Assembly: GCA_964016885.1 (NCBI GenBank)
Contig: OZ024745.1
Span: 30,690,001-30,754,000, forward strand
Reading direction: 5' to 3'
Source of the DNA: Eledone cirrhosa
Taxonomy: Eukaryota
Length of the DNA: 64,000 nt
How positions within the stretch are numbered: the first letter of the stretch is position 1; every line of letters starts with the position of its first letter. Of this stretch, positions 41,518 to 53,939 are shown in pieces. The notes under the pieces are model-generated. The model saw only the letters and a program-made list of their open reading frames with translations. It was not told the DNA's origin and ran no database searches. The position numbers and the translations under genes are program-made.

Positions 41518-43167
41518 TCTCACCATGTGCTACATTTCAGTTGTCTATAGTCTCTTTAGAAGTGTTGACCATACATTCTTTACTTCTACTGACATGCCCT
41601 GAGAAGGTATGCCACCAACACTGTTTATGGTGAAACATTCTCTTCTTTGAGATTGTCAGGGTGTTTTATAGTTATAAAGGTGGATCTGTACTTTTTTCTG
41701 CCGCGTTTAACCGGCCCTCATTCTAGGCCATAAACAACAAAACCGCACGATGATGCTGCGTAAATCTATTTAAAATTAATGGTCAACATGTTCAGCAAAA
41801 CAATTGTACCAATTCTTCCTCTACACCTCCAAGGCCTATCCTTTACATCTTAGAGGTCGGGATTCGCAATTTCTAGGATTTCAATATTGACACAACAGTC
41901 CGTCAGGTATTTCGGCACATGTTGCTCCGATAGGAATATCAACGTGATTTTCATTTAATTCGTAAGTGTTCAGTCTTCCGTATGCTTTTATTTTTTATTG
42001 ATACAACACCGACTACAATCATCTAACCTCACTTTGTAGGCTAGACGCGAATCACAAGGAAAACAATCCTCTGATATACAACCCCACCAAATTCTTTGGT
42101 CTACCTAGATTTCAATGGCTATATCCTTTGCTTTTGTATGGTTGTACATTTGACAATGTCGCAAAACATTATTCCACTTGATTCTTACCTTTCAGCTATG
42201 AATTGGTCAGTGCCTTAAAATCCCGGTTTATTTGCGTGCAATTTTTTGGTATCTTATGAATGGAGAATCGAAAACCCTTTTTCTCATAACCTGATACATG
42301 CGTTACACATGCTCCATGGATGTTTGTGGACTATTTTTTCAACATAACAATATCACAGATTGGAGCACAAAAAGAAACGTTTGTTCTTCATTTATTTCGG
42401 TTAAAGCATCCTGCTGGAATTTAGCGCAGACCCGTTTAAATCCAGCGCCTTATAACCCTGAGTGTAACCGAGTACACCAGCTAGAAAGACACATGGAAAC
42501 ATTGTTTCCTCGGTCCGATTTGACGAAAGTCGATTTAGTTCCACAATAAATTAACAAACCATACTTGAAGACACGTTGAGGCTGTTGCAAAGGGCAATAA
42601 CCCTAGACACAATTTTGATCAACTTTTTTTCACCTATAGCAAATTTACCGGGACAAGTTTTTAGCTACTCAAATCTACTTCAGAGGTCACGCATTCATGT
42701 AAAATAATCAATAAAACTGAAGCGGGGGTTCGAATTTGCACAAAAACAAGACAAAGTTGCACATGGGAAAACTTTTTACAGGAACGTCCAATTTTCTTGA
42801 AAACTGTCGCAAAAGACTCGCCATTATGCCGCGGTTCAGATAAAGTCCCTTTTATTTCTTCTTCTGCACATGTGAGCGCGAAAAAAAAAAGCTGTGAAAA
42901 AATCGACTTTTCACCCTGCTTTAAAAATCAACTGAATATTCAATTTCAAGTGAATTTGATTTCCGTCAGTCGTGCAAAGAACAATTTCAACGATACACTG
43001 TGTACCTACAATTGATCCATTATTTATGCTCAATTACACACCTGCGTCTACTAACCTGTTTTTTTTTCCTTGAGGTTTGAAGGTTTTTGCACCTGTGATG
43101 CGCGGGAAGTAACTTTCACACATTTTAACAACAGAGCAAAGGTTGATTTACACCGGTACTTCTGCTA

Positions 43168-43219
<52 letters not shown>

Positions 43220-43541
43220 TCATCATCATCATTTTACGTCTGCTTTTCCCTGCTTGCAAGGGTGGGACGGGAATTGATTATGGCTTGATTTCTACAGCTG
43301 GATGCCCTTCCTAACACCAACCTCATTTACAGTGAGTGCTGGGTGCTTTTTTTTATATATAATTATATATTCGTGTACAGATATTTTTGCATACACAATA
43401 ACAAAATATAAACAAACGTATTTATTTCAAGAGGCTCGATAAAGATAAATATATATCAAATATATAAGAACCCTAGTACAAATCCCGAGCAACGCCAGGC
43501 CATTCTGCTAGTTACATATAAAATAAACCATAGATATTTAC

Positions 43542-43598
43542 CTTGGCAGCATCTATGTCAAGTGGTCTGTCAGTTCTCCATACAGATTCTAATTTATC
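43542..43598 (-). CDS. Host gene exon 5 (DKLESVWRTDRPLDIDAAK)
   Basis: tcag acceptor, AAG|gtaaat donor, 57 nt, phase 0-0. Confidence 0.75.
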
Positions 43599-44465
43599 CT
43601 GACACAAAATAAGAAAGATATGTATGTAAACAACATTGTAAATATGAAGTATTGAAGCATTGGTTATATTTGAAATTCTTATTGTAGCATAAACAAATAG
43701 GTAATCTGGCTGCACGTACTAGAATCACTTCTCAATACAGGCAGTGTTTCCTCTCAACAACTACTAATACAACAACAACTATTACTAGTACTATTACAAC
43801 AACTGATGCCACTACCAACACCAATATTAATACTATTATTGTAGAGCATCAGACACCTTGCTTCATGGCATATAGTTATGGCCCTTTTCATTCTGACTTC
43901 ATATCCCGTAGAGGTTAGCTTTGTCTTTCATCCTTACAGGTTCAAAAAAATAAAGTACCAATAATGCATTGGGGTTAATTTAATTGTTGGCCTTCTGCCA
44001 AAATCAGAAATTATTATTGTTGATGTTGTTGTCCAATACATCATCAATTGCATCAATCAATCACCTTGGACTGGCACTATTTATTAATCTTGAAAAGAAT
44101 GAATGGTAGAGTTGACCTCAGCAACATTTGAATTCAGAGAGCCGCTAAGTCAAACCAAATTCTGTAATGTATTTTATCCACTGCTTTAAATAACAACACA
44201 CCAACAAGTGTTTTAAAACCATTTTCTTTTACTAATGTAAGAGGGTTAGCCATGTTAGTCTTCATAGTTTTAACAATGCTTTTTTAGGCTATATTTTATG
44301 ACCAAATACCCTTTTTAATGTCAATCCCTTTAGTCACTTCTTACAAAACACAAGGATATGGTGTAACTATTCTAAACAGAATCACACTGTATTATTCTCT
44401 AAACAACTCTACCAATTTATCTGCCTGTAATAAATGTCAGACATGAGAGCACTTATTTGGATTAC

Positions 44466-44533
44466 CTTTGGTCTGTCTTCAATAGTCTCTTTGACAATTT
44501 TCTTTTTACGAATCACTGAGTTTGGAATTTCAC
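44466..44533 (-). CDS. Host gene exon 4 (EIPNSVIRKKKIVKETIEDRPK)
   Basis: ctctttttcag acceptor, gtaatc donor, 68 nt, phase 1-0. Confidence 0.8.
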
Positions 44534-45599
44534 CTGAAAAAGAGAAACAAGTTGTTTGTTTTCAACATGGTAGTTCTTGTGAGACAATCAACTAGTATGT
44601 TGTCAACAATGTCAACACTGTCATTCCTGTGAGACAGTCAACTGGTATGTTGTCAACAGTCATTCCTGTGAGACAGTCAACTAGACATATGACCAGGGAG
44701 TACTACTGATCACTACTGTTGCAACATAAACTTATTGAAGGCAATATCTGATGAAGTATGTTGCCTCTGTACCTGAATGCCTGTGGCTATTTGTTGATTT
44801 ATATATTGTTAAAATTCGAAATGATTCAATAGAAATACTTGTTTGTAGTAAGTGTTGGTTTTCTGTGTGAATATTTCTGTTTTGTAACGTATTTTGTGTG
44901 CCTCTAGTAGGTTAGTTTTAACTTTATTTTGATAGTTTTGTGGGATATATGAGGCACATAGACAGGGTCAGTTCTGAGAAGAAAGATTGTTTGCTAAAGT
45001 AAGGATGCACTTTCATCTGGGTTGCCTACAATGGCCCAAAGCACAATTTTTGAGACTAATAATTTCCTAAAATATGGTGATTCATCCCCGTTTTAAAAAT
45101 ATTTATAACACAATTTACTCATGAAATACAATAAAATGGAAAAAACGAAATTTATCAAAAGTGAAAATTGAAAAAAAAAACAGAATTAAGAAAAATTTGA
45201 AGCAGAAAATTTGGCTCATAAATTCTGTACTAATTCACATATCCCACTTACTATCATAAACGTATTTCATTTTGATGGGGAAAAATAAACTAAATAGCAT
45301 ATCAGGACTCTGCTCACAATGGAACAGTAATTTTGGGGCTGGGTGAACCCATTGTGAGGGAGGTCTAGCCCGGGAAAATGAAAGCGCTGACAAACTCCAT
45401 GACGCTGGGGTCAATATGAAGCAGGGGGGGGATCTGCGCTATTGCTGACTTGCACCAGCTTGGTCTTTGTCCAGCTCACCTTAAGTCCAAGCTGATTCCT
45501 CTCAGTATAAGTCAGTGCATCCCTAAGCTGATCGATTGGGTTGTTGAATAGGGTAAGATAGTAGTTCCCATACAGTCCCTAGTATTGACAGACTAGACA

Positions 45600-45910
45600 A
45601 CCCGATCTAATCCAATCTGGTCCAAACCGATCCAATCTGGTCTAGTCTGATCCAATAAGGTCTGAACTGATCCGATATGGTCGGAACCAATCTGATCCGG
45701 TCAGCACCGATCCAATCTGGTCCGGTCTGATCCAGTCCAATTCGGTCCATACCAAAGCCAATCCGATCTGGTCCAGACTGATCCAATCCGATCCGGTCTG
45801 ATCTGGTCTGATCCAGTCCAGTTTGAATCAATCTGGCCCGGTCCAATCCAGCCTGATCCAATCTAGTCCAAACTGATCCTATCCGGTTTGGTCCAATCTG
45901 ATCCTATCCT
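45600..45910. repeat. Degenerate pentamer repeat (GATCC/AATCC/GGTCC)
   Basis: Direct inspection. Confidence 0.85.
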
Positions 45911-47240
45911 TTCTGTTTGGTTTTGATCATGTCAGGGATGTATCTGTACTCACCATACTTGGCCAATGGCAGGTTGGTGAAACTATTTAACCCATAGTTG
46001 GGGTGGATGACTCTGAGAAGTTCATCCGCTCATAGCAATAGCAGCCAAAATTTCCATTAAATCCAAGTAATATAAGACAATTGGATTTCAATGATTATCA
46101 TCGAGTTGTTTGATCAACTAAATGTCTAAATTGTATATGTGGTTGAGTATTCCACAGACTGTTAATGTAATTCACAAGGTGAATCAGTGGTAACCTACAT
46201 GATAAAAGCATCCAGTACATGCTGTAAAGTGGTTGGTGATAAAAAGGGAATCCAGCTGTAGAAAGCTTGCCAAACAAAGGGTTGGGAGGACCCCACAGTC
46301 ATGCCAAGGACATGACAGCCTCCCCAGTGTCGGTGACTTACATGATAAAAGTATCCAGTACATGGTGTAAAGTGGTTGGTCATAAGAAGGGCATCTAACT
46401 GTAGAAATTTTTCCAAACAAAGGGTTGGGAGGACTCTTCAGTTGTGTCAAAGACATGACAACCTCTCCTGTGCACTTGATAGAATGTGAGATGTAACATA
46501 AGTGAGATGCAGATACCTGGCCTGTCTGGAAGATCAGTAGCGATCACTTCAGCACTGATCCAGTCTATGTAGACCCATCCAACTCTTGCTAGTAAGGAAA
46601 GTGGATGCTAAAATGATGATGATGCATCAGTGTGACAAGGCTGGGTATTTGAATTACAGGTACAATCTATTTAACAGGCTTATATTCAATTTTTGTCTAT
46701 CCAATATAACTCACAAAGCTTGACTTGACTTGAAAATATGGTAAACACTTGCTCATGATGTCACACTGTGGGATCGAACTTGAGACCGAGGACTGTAATA
46801 CATATATACACACATTCATACTTGCATACACACATACACACACATACATATATACTTACATACACACACATATACATACATACCTAAAAGAAATATTACA
46901 GCTGTCACTTGCAATCGAGTATGACTTGGTAGTATATACCATGATTTTTCTAAGGTTTCCATGCAGTCACAGGGAGACACAGACTCCATCTTTACCCACC
47001 CTTCTTTAATCCAGTGGAACATCTAAGATATGACAGCTGGAAGGAGAGAGGGTTGTACCACAACTGGGCCGGTACATTTTTTATTGTGTGTGTGTATATA
47101 TATATATAGTTAGAGAAGCAAAATATTGCTTATTGTGATCCAGTTCTTGGTTAAGAAAGCCAGTTTCATGTATGGTTTCAACGTACGGTTAGGGGTAACT
47201 CCACAAGTTTGTAAGAATTCCGTTCAATCTTGGAGTATAA

Positions 47241-50207
47241 AGTATAAAAGAGAAAACACAGGTAAGCATTAAGAGAAGGATTTTATCCAGGTATTTACGA
47301 CCGTTTCATTGGTAAGTGCAACCTTATATTGCTATACTGCAAATAGCAGCCACTCAATTATAATTGTTGTTCACAGTCCAAATTTTCAAAATAGTGAGTA
47401 AGTTACTCTTGAAATAATTCTTGATATATAGAGAAAAACATTTATTTGGAATTGTATTTACTAGTATAGAGAGAGAGGAATCAGAAGGTGAGGGGACAAA
47501 CAGAATAGTATAGAGAGAGAGGAAGGGGGAAGAGGTAGGAAGTAGAGTGACAAACTGAGATGGAGGGAGAGGTAGAGCTGGAAGGATTCTTTGGTCAGTT
47601 TTGATAGCAGACTTCATGTCATGGAATATAATGAGTTAAAGAGAATTAAATTGATTATAGTGGGAGGGATGGATAGAGAGGGAGAGAGAGAGGGGGAGAT
47701 ATGAAGAGATAAATATATATATATATATATATATAAAATAAAGATAAAGATAATAATGACAAAAATAAAAGCAAAGAAGGGGGTGAGAAAGAAGAAAAGA
47801 AAAGATAGCCAAGAAGGGGAGGGAAGGAAGGAAGAAAACGAAGAAATAGAAGAGGAATGAGGGAGAAGAGGGGGATATATGTATTGGTTTTGTGGGTAAT
47901 TAAAAAGGTTTAGATACAACAAGAGGGTATAAAGTCTAAGTATATGCAGTTTGTCAGTTGGTAGTAAGAGGTTAAGGGTTCGATTTGTAGTGCGAAAACT
48001 TCTCTTTGAGTCTATGGTTACAATAAATTGATCTTTCGATTTTATTGTTGAGTAACTTATTCTTCAAACTCAAGATGTGGAACAGCTCAAGGTCGCATAA
48101 TCGACAGCTTCTCATATCACTCTGATATGGGGGCGCGTTCGATAATTTTTTCCACTTCAGGGTGTATTGATGGTTACTTTCCCTCAGTTGCCAGGTCTTG
48201 TTTGCAAGGGTAGTTACATAACGATGCTGGGAATGTTTCATTGCGTAACGGTGTGTATACCAACGGGCTTTAAATGTATTCCCAGTCGCTCCGATGTAAT
48301 ACCATTTCTGGTTGTCTGATTCCACTGTGCATTGGTAAACCAGGTTAGACTGCATACATTCATTATGTAATGGACAGGTTTCAGGTAGGTGGCAGTTACA
48401 ATTTTTGTCATGGGCAACTTTGGCATTATTGGTGGGCTGCGATGCCTGTACAAGTGTGTTATGTTTTGTTTGCCTATTAGCGGGTGGTTGTGTATTAGAT
48501 ATTCTGCTGTGTTCGGTGGTGATTGTATTGTTATTGTTGTAAATTTGCGTTTTGGTGTTATGTATCTTTTTAGCGTTAAGCATCTTAATGTGTGCCTCTA
48601 TATTTGGTGCCGTGGAGTAAGATAGTCTAATAGATTTAGTGTTAAGGATTTTGCTGTATCTATGTGAATCTGGAAAGTGCTTATTTATTATTCTAAAGAA
48701 GGTAGAGGGTAGGTTAGTACTAATAGAGGTGTTAAATATGGGGTTATACCAAATATATTTTCTACTGCGTGACTTGTTTGATTTCGATGTTGTATTTCTA
48801 TTTGCTGTATACTTGCAGTTCTATGCGCAAGTGTGTGTGTTTCCGGAGTTTGTGTTATGCATGTTCGTGTGCGCTTCATGGAGGCTTTCATCTATATATT
48901 CTACTCTATCTAAGTGGCCTGCCTTGTCTAATGTGGTATTGTAGTATTCTGCATGTTCTTCGAAGATTTGTCGGTTAGACGAGAGGCGGGAGATCCTAAG
49001 GGATATGCTGCATGGAATGGATTTAATTATGGATAGTGGGTAGTTTGAGTTACAGTTGATGTATGCTAAGTTTTCATTAATCTTGTGAAAAGGTCTTATA
49101 AGTCCCGTATTTAGGTTAAGCGTCACATCTAGAAAGTTAACTGTTTTAGTGCTATACTCATACGTTATGCTAAGGCCTAGTTTTCCGAGAGTCTTTCTAA
49201 TATTCTTACGGAGTCTTTCTATGCTCTGGTTATTTAGATTCTTAACTAGGAGAAGGGCGTCGTCTCTGTAGATTCCACCGTGAAGGTCGCTAAACTCACT
49301 TTGTAAACTATGGACTATGTAAATACCTACTAAATCTGTGACTTGAGCTGAGTCATTAGCCCCCATCATGATGTCAAAGTTATTTAATCTATCCTTTCGT
49401 TCCCAATAGGCGTTTTCAAATTTAATTATTGTTTTCCTAGCAGCTAATATGATTTTTATCTCGTCGTCTGTTATGTCAGAATTGGATTTGGCGAATGCTA
49501 AGGCTTTATCCAAGGTATTGGGGGATATAGATGAGTAATAATCGTTAATGTCAAATTGTATAAATTTAGATACTTCTTTGTTAGCTATATTGTTAAACCA
49601 CTTAATTGTTTCGGTAGCGTTACCCCATAGTTTAATCACTAGTTTATTCTTCATTTGTTCTATCACTCTGTCTAATATATGTTTACTAATTTTCCCGATG
49701 TCCGATTTGGACGGGCATATAAGTCTAATTGTGGGGTTATAATCAAAATTTACCTTGTGGTCCTTGAGGTTAAATGTGGGGGTACATGGCCTAAGTGGCT
49801 CCGTTCTGTCGTCTATTCCTAGGTGTTTGACTATATTGTGTGCCTCGTTGTTGATGTTTATCTGTGCCGTCTCATTAGTGTTTTTGTATTTCCTATGTAA
49901 TTCCTTCCGTATGAAGCTATTGTATGTATTTACATCCATCGTATACACATTTGATGTTTTGTCTGCTTTGACAATAATTCCATTGGTGGTTCGCAGCTTT
50001 TTTAGGAATATATTTATGTCATTCTGGAGTTTATTATTCCTCTGCTTTTTTAATTTGATATTCATAATCATCTTCAGTAACAACAATTACAATTGAGTGG
50101 CTGCTATTTGCAGTATAGCAATATAAGGTTGCACTTACCAATGAAACAGTCGTAAATACCTGGATAAAATCCTTCTCTTAATGCTTACCTGTGTTTCTCT
50201 TTTATAC

Positions 50208-50208
<1 letters not shown>
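47241..50208 (-). mobile_element. Penelope-like element: RT (48821-50086) and GIY-YIG (47972-48583), frameshifted, with an inverted pLTR fragment at the 5' junction
   Basis: FIQFDINDYYSSI, GIYRDD, VNFLDVTL; NLVYQC...YYIGAT; 47241-47371 is the reverse complement of 50079-50208. Confidence 0.93.
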
Positions 50209-50231
<23 letters not shown>

Positions 50232-50238
<7 letters not shown>

Positions 50239-50816
50239 ATACTTGGAGAGGGTCATATTTGTGTAATATTGCCAGAATTAATAACAGAACACACTCACTG
50301 TTTGGTTGGTTTTCGCTTCTTGCTTCTGTGTCTTTTATATCAGTAATCTATCTTACTCGGTCCTCAATGTTGCCATTGACTGACCGACGGTCAAAAATAA
50401 TACAGATACAATATAGACACAATAGATACAATAATACAGATACAATATAGACACATATAGACTGAATAAAAATGGTGTAGACATACAATACAACAGGAGG
50501 AAAATATAACACCACTGACGATGTTGCAGATGTGCAACGAAAGATTTATGATAAACTATATATATGTGTTTGTGTCTATATTGTATCTGTATTATTTTTT
50601 ACCGTCGGTCAGTCAATGGCAACATTGAGGACCGAGTAAGATAGATTACCAATATAAAAGACACAGAAGCAAGAAGCGAAAACCAACCAAACAGTGAGTG
50701 TGTTCTGTTATTAATTCTGGCAATATTACACAAATATGACCCTCCCCAAGTATAACAATATTTGTTTCGACACACGATTTCATATAAAAAAACCTTGCAA
50801 AACTAATTCATCGCCG

Positions 50817-50820
<4 letters not shown>
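50232..50820. repeat. Fold-back pLTR-only copy of the 33078 Penelope family
   Basis: 50232-50421 is the reverse complement of about 50570-50760; the tail matches 36150-36255 and 62382-62455. Confidence 0.9.
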
Positions 50821-50852
<32 letters not shown>

Positions 50853-51457
50853 TCATCATCATCATTTTACGTCCGCTTTTCCATGCTTGCAAGGGTGGGA
50901 CGGGAACTGATTCTGGCTTGATTTCTACAGCTGGATGCCCTTCCTAACACCAACCTCATTTACAGTGGGTGCTGGGTGCTTTTTTGCCATGGCACCTCCA
51001 CGACCACTTTGCAGTGGAACGATAGGGACCCCAGTCCTATCATCTCATTTCTACAGCTGAGTAAACTGGAGCAATGTGAAATAAAGTGTCTTGCTCAAGG
51101 AAACAACACATCACCCAGTCCGAGAATTGAACTCGCAACCTTTCGGTTGCAAGCCCAATGCTCTAACCACTAAACCATGTGCCTCCATATATATATATAT
51201 ATATATAAAAAATAAAAGTGTTGGAAGATTCAGTATTTCTATACAAACTGTGTTATATAGGAAAAATGATAAAGATTTGAAAAAAAGCACCTAATGGTTT
51301 TTATTTTATATGTCATGTGTATAGAACACAACAAAATCTTTTTTTTACATAAAAAAAATGTTTTTTGTACTTTTGTTAAAAAATGTTTTTGTTGTTCACT
51401 ATACACGTGACATGTATAAGCCTAAGTAAACAATATAATACCTGAAAATGTACTCAC

Positions 51458-51574
51458 CATCGGGGGCAACTCTATGTTTCCGAGAAGGAAACTCAACCTG
51501 TTTCAAGTAAACCAGACCACTTTGGAAACTGTACATCTTGTTGCTCAGGTCTTCATGACTGCCCTCCCAAAGTG
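51458..51574 (-). CDS. Host gene exon 3 (LWEGSHEDLSNKMYSFQSGLVYLKQVEFPSRKHRVAPD)
   Basis: cag acceptor, gtgagt donor, 117 nt, phase 1-1; lies within ORF 51399-51581. Confidence 0.8.
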
Positions 51575-52294
51575 CTGCCATAGAAATAGAAGATGGAGTG
51601 TTTCAAGAGTTTAAACTGACATCCTGTGTCACATTAAACCACATTAGTAAGACATTCTCAAAAAGTATAGACCAATACTATAACTACATCACATTGAAAA
51701 TTAAAGTTTTTATTCTAATACTACCAATTTTCACAATAATCTGTTCACTAATAAAGATACTATAAATATTTGAATTAACAAAACCATTTTAGACATTTTC
51801 TGCTAAATCATTACAAGATGTTAAAAGTTAAGCATTGGCTTTTTTTTTAATTACAACTAGAGTGGCCACTGCTCCTCAGAACTGGTTGGTTTTATCATTC
51901 TTCTCCACACCACTCAGTTACCTTGATTCAAGGCCCTGTTTTCTTTACTACTTACTAAGACTTTAATCTTAACCAAGTTAATTTGGCTTTCAGATTGGAA
52001 TTTCTTCTCTAATTCTGCCACAGATCTATCAGGATTAGATCTTCAACATATAGAAGTTGTTTATAGTTTTCTAAAAACCTTCCAGCATAATTTTATGTAA
52101 GAATATTTAAGTTATGCTCCAAACACCAGAGTAATATTGAAAAAATAGTTATATTACTAAATCCTTCCAAATTCTTGATTATTTTCAAAATGATTTGAAA
52201 TTCATGGGGTAAAGTCTTTCATTAAAAATATGGTAATAAAAGAGTTAACAGTATAATGGAAATGGTAAAGAAGAATTTCTGCAGTCCTACTTAC

Positions 52295-52351
52295 ATGGTT
52301 TTTGTTCCACTTTTTGATAGACGTTCAATACCCCAGGCTCTGAAGTCTCTT
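52295..52351 (-). CDS. Host gene exon 2 (ETSEPGVLNVYQKVEQKP)
   Basis: tag acceptor, gtaagt donor, 57 nt, phase 1-1, open frame. Confidence 0.7.
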
Positions 52352-53653
52352 CTATGTAGGGTCAGCCACAGATCAATGGAGCCAGTGGTGGTGGTGATGG
52401 TGTAGGAAAAAAGACAAAGATTCAAATTTTAATTAGACACTGAGAAATCATCACCATCATCATCTATTTTCTATGCTGGGATGGGTCATCATGATCAGAG
52501 AACTAATCTTGCTCATACGAGGGTCAGCTGAAAAGTTCATTGGCTAACTATGAAAGAGTGATGCTAGAGCTGTGAACTATTGCAAGCATTAATTTCTACT
52601 CTTATTAATAACTGCATTGTTTTTTTTTTCAGGGACTATGTTGAAATATAAACCTCATTTGGTCATTCCATGAGAATATTTTGGTTAGCTTATAAACTTT
52701 TCAGCCTATGAATTTTTGGCATGGCTTCTCCAATTTAATACTCTTCCTAATGCCAATCACTTTACAGAGTATAGTAGGTGGCCTTCACTCTTTTGGTGCC
52801 AACCTGGCCAAAACTACCTCTGATTCTATGAAACAAAACCAACTAATTTTAAAGGGTTCTATTTAAATTAAAATCTTCCAACAAAATTTTCTATAAGAAT
52901 CATTTGTAAAGATAGTATTTTAATAATGGAAAAATAATTTTTGTAATTCCCACAACATTTTTCATCGACATTTTTTATATTAACTAACCAGAAACAAAAC
53001 CAATCCATTTTAAAGAGTTCCTTCATAAATTAAAAGTAAATTTTAAATCGTCCAGCATGCCGAAAACATGAAACTTCCCTATGTAGGTGCTACAATAAAA
53101 ATGCACTTGAATAAGTGTGGAATCATATATCAGGCCAACAACTTATCTGGAGGTCAGAGACTCTGCTTGGAGATCTGTCTGTGATGATATGTTCAATCCT
53201 TGCTAGCAAGGAAATGGACATTAAACAATGATGAAGCTGACTATGATGATGATGATAATTTGATATACAAACCTTCTGACTATGATGATGGTAATTTGAT
53301 ATACAAATACCATCTTGATAATGAAATATTTTTAGTAAATCCTTCCAAATTATTCATTAATTACTGTATATACTCAAATATAAGAGTCCCCCCACCCTAT
53401 TTTTGTCTGAGAAATAGGTGAAAATCCAGACCCCCGTTTATAAACCGAGGCAGTTAATCAACACATTGTTTAGATGGTGTATATAAGCCAACCTCACATT
53501 TTACCATCAATTTTTTTTTTGTCACATATTCCTTGGCTTATATTTGAGTATACATGGTAATTCAAAAGCAGTGCATTTCATTAGAAATGAAAGGGTTTAA
53601 AACACTTGTATTTGTATAGTTGATTTTGTGAACACGAAATATCGGCTACTTAC

Positions 53654-53696
53654 CGAGATGAAAAGTGGTTGGTCGTTTTCTGAATAGTGAAAACAT
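53654..53696 (-). CDS. Host gene coding exon 1 (putative start, MFSLFRKRPTTFHL)
   Basis: ATG at 53696 and G|gtaagt donor; phase 1 fits the next exon. A strong acceptor at 53784-53785 would give a 5'UTR part. An internal ttcag acceptor is an alternative, so the gene could extend upstream. Confidence 0.55.
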
Positions 53697-53939
53697 TATG
53701 AATTGGTTAGTTGCTTGATAGATTGGCTACTAGGTTGTTTGATTGCTGATGATGGATTGACAGATTAGTTGCAACTAACTAGACTGCTGGTACCTGATAA
53801 CAAAAAAGAAGAGAATTACAATCACCACCATCACTATCATCACTGCCACCACCACTGCCATCATCACCACCACTATTATCACCATCCCTACTTCCACCAT
53901 CATCAACATTCTCACCACCACTGCCACCAGCATCATCAC

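Noticed and set aside
41690-43168. Complex sequence ending in CTAG, considered as a Helitron with a captured gene
   Set aside because: No recognisable coding motifs or 5' boundary; only a weak 3' end is visible.
44740-44795. CUGAUGA followed by a weak hairpin and GAA
   Set aside because: GAAA, the cleavage site and stem I are not recoverable.
47290-47385. CUGUGA...GAAAC-GGUC-GUA on the minus strand of the Penelope pLTR; similar layout at 25848-25900 (+)
   Set aside because: The core lacks A6 and the stems are not convincing; at most a ribozyme relic.
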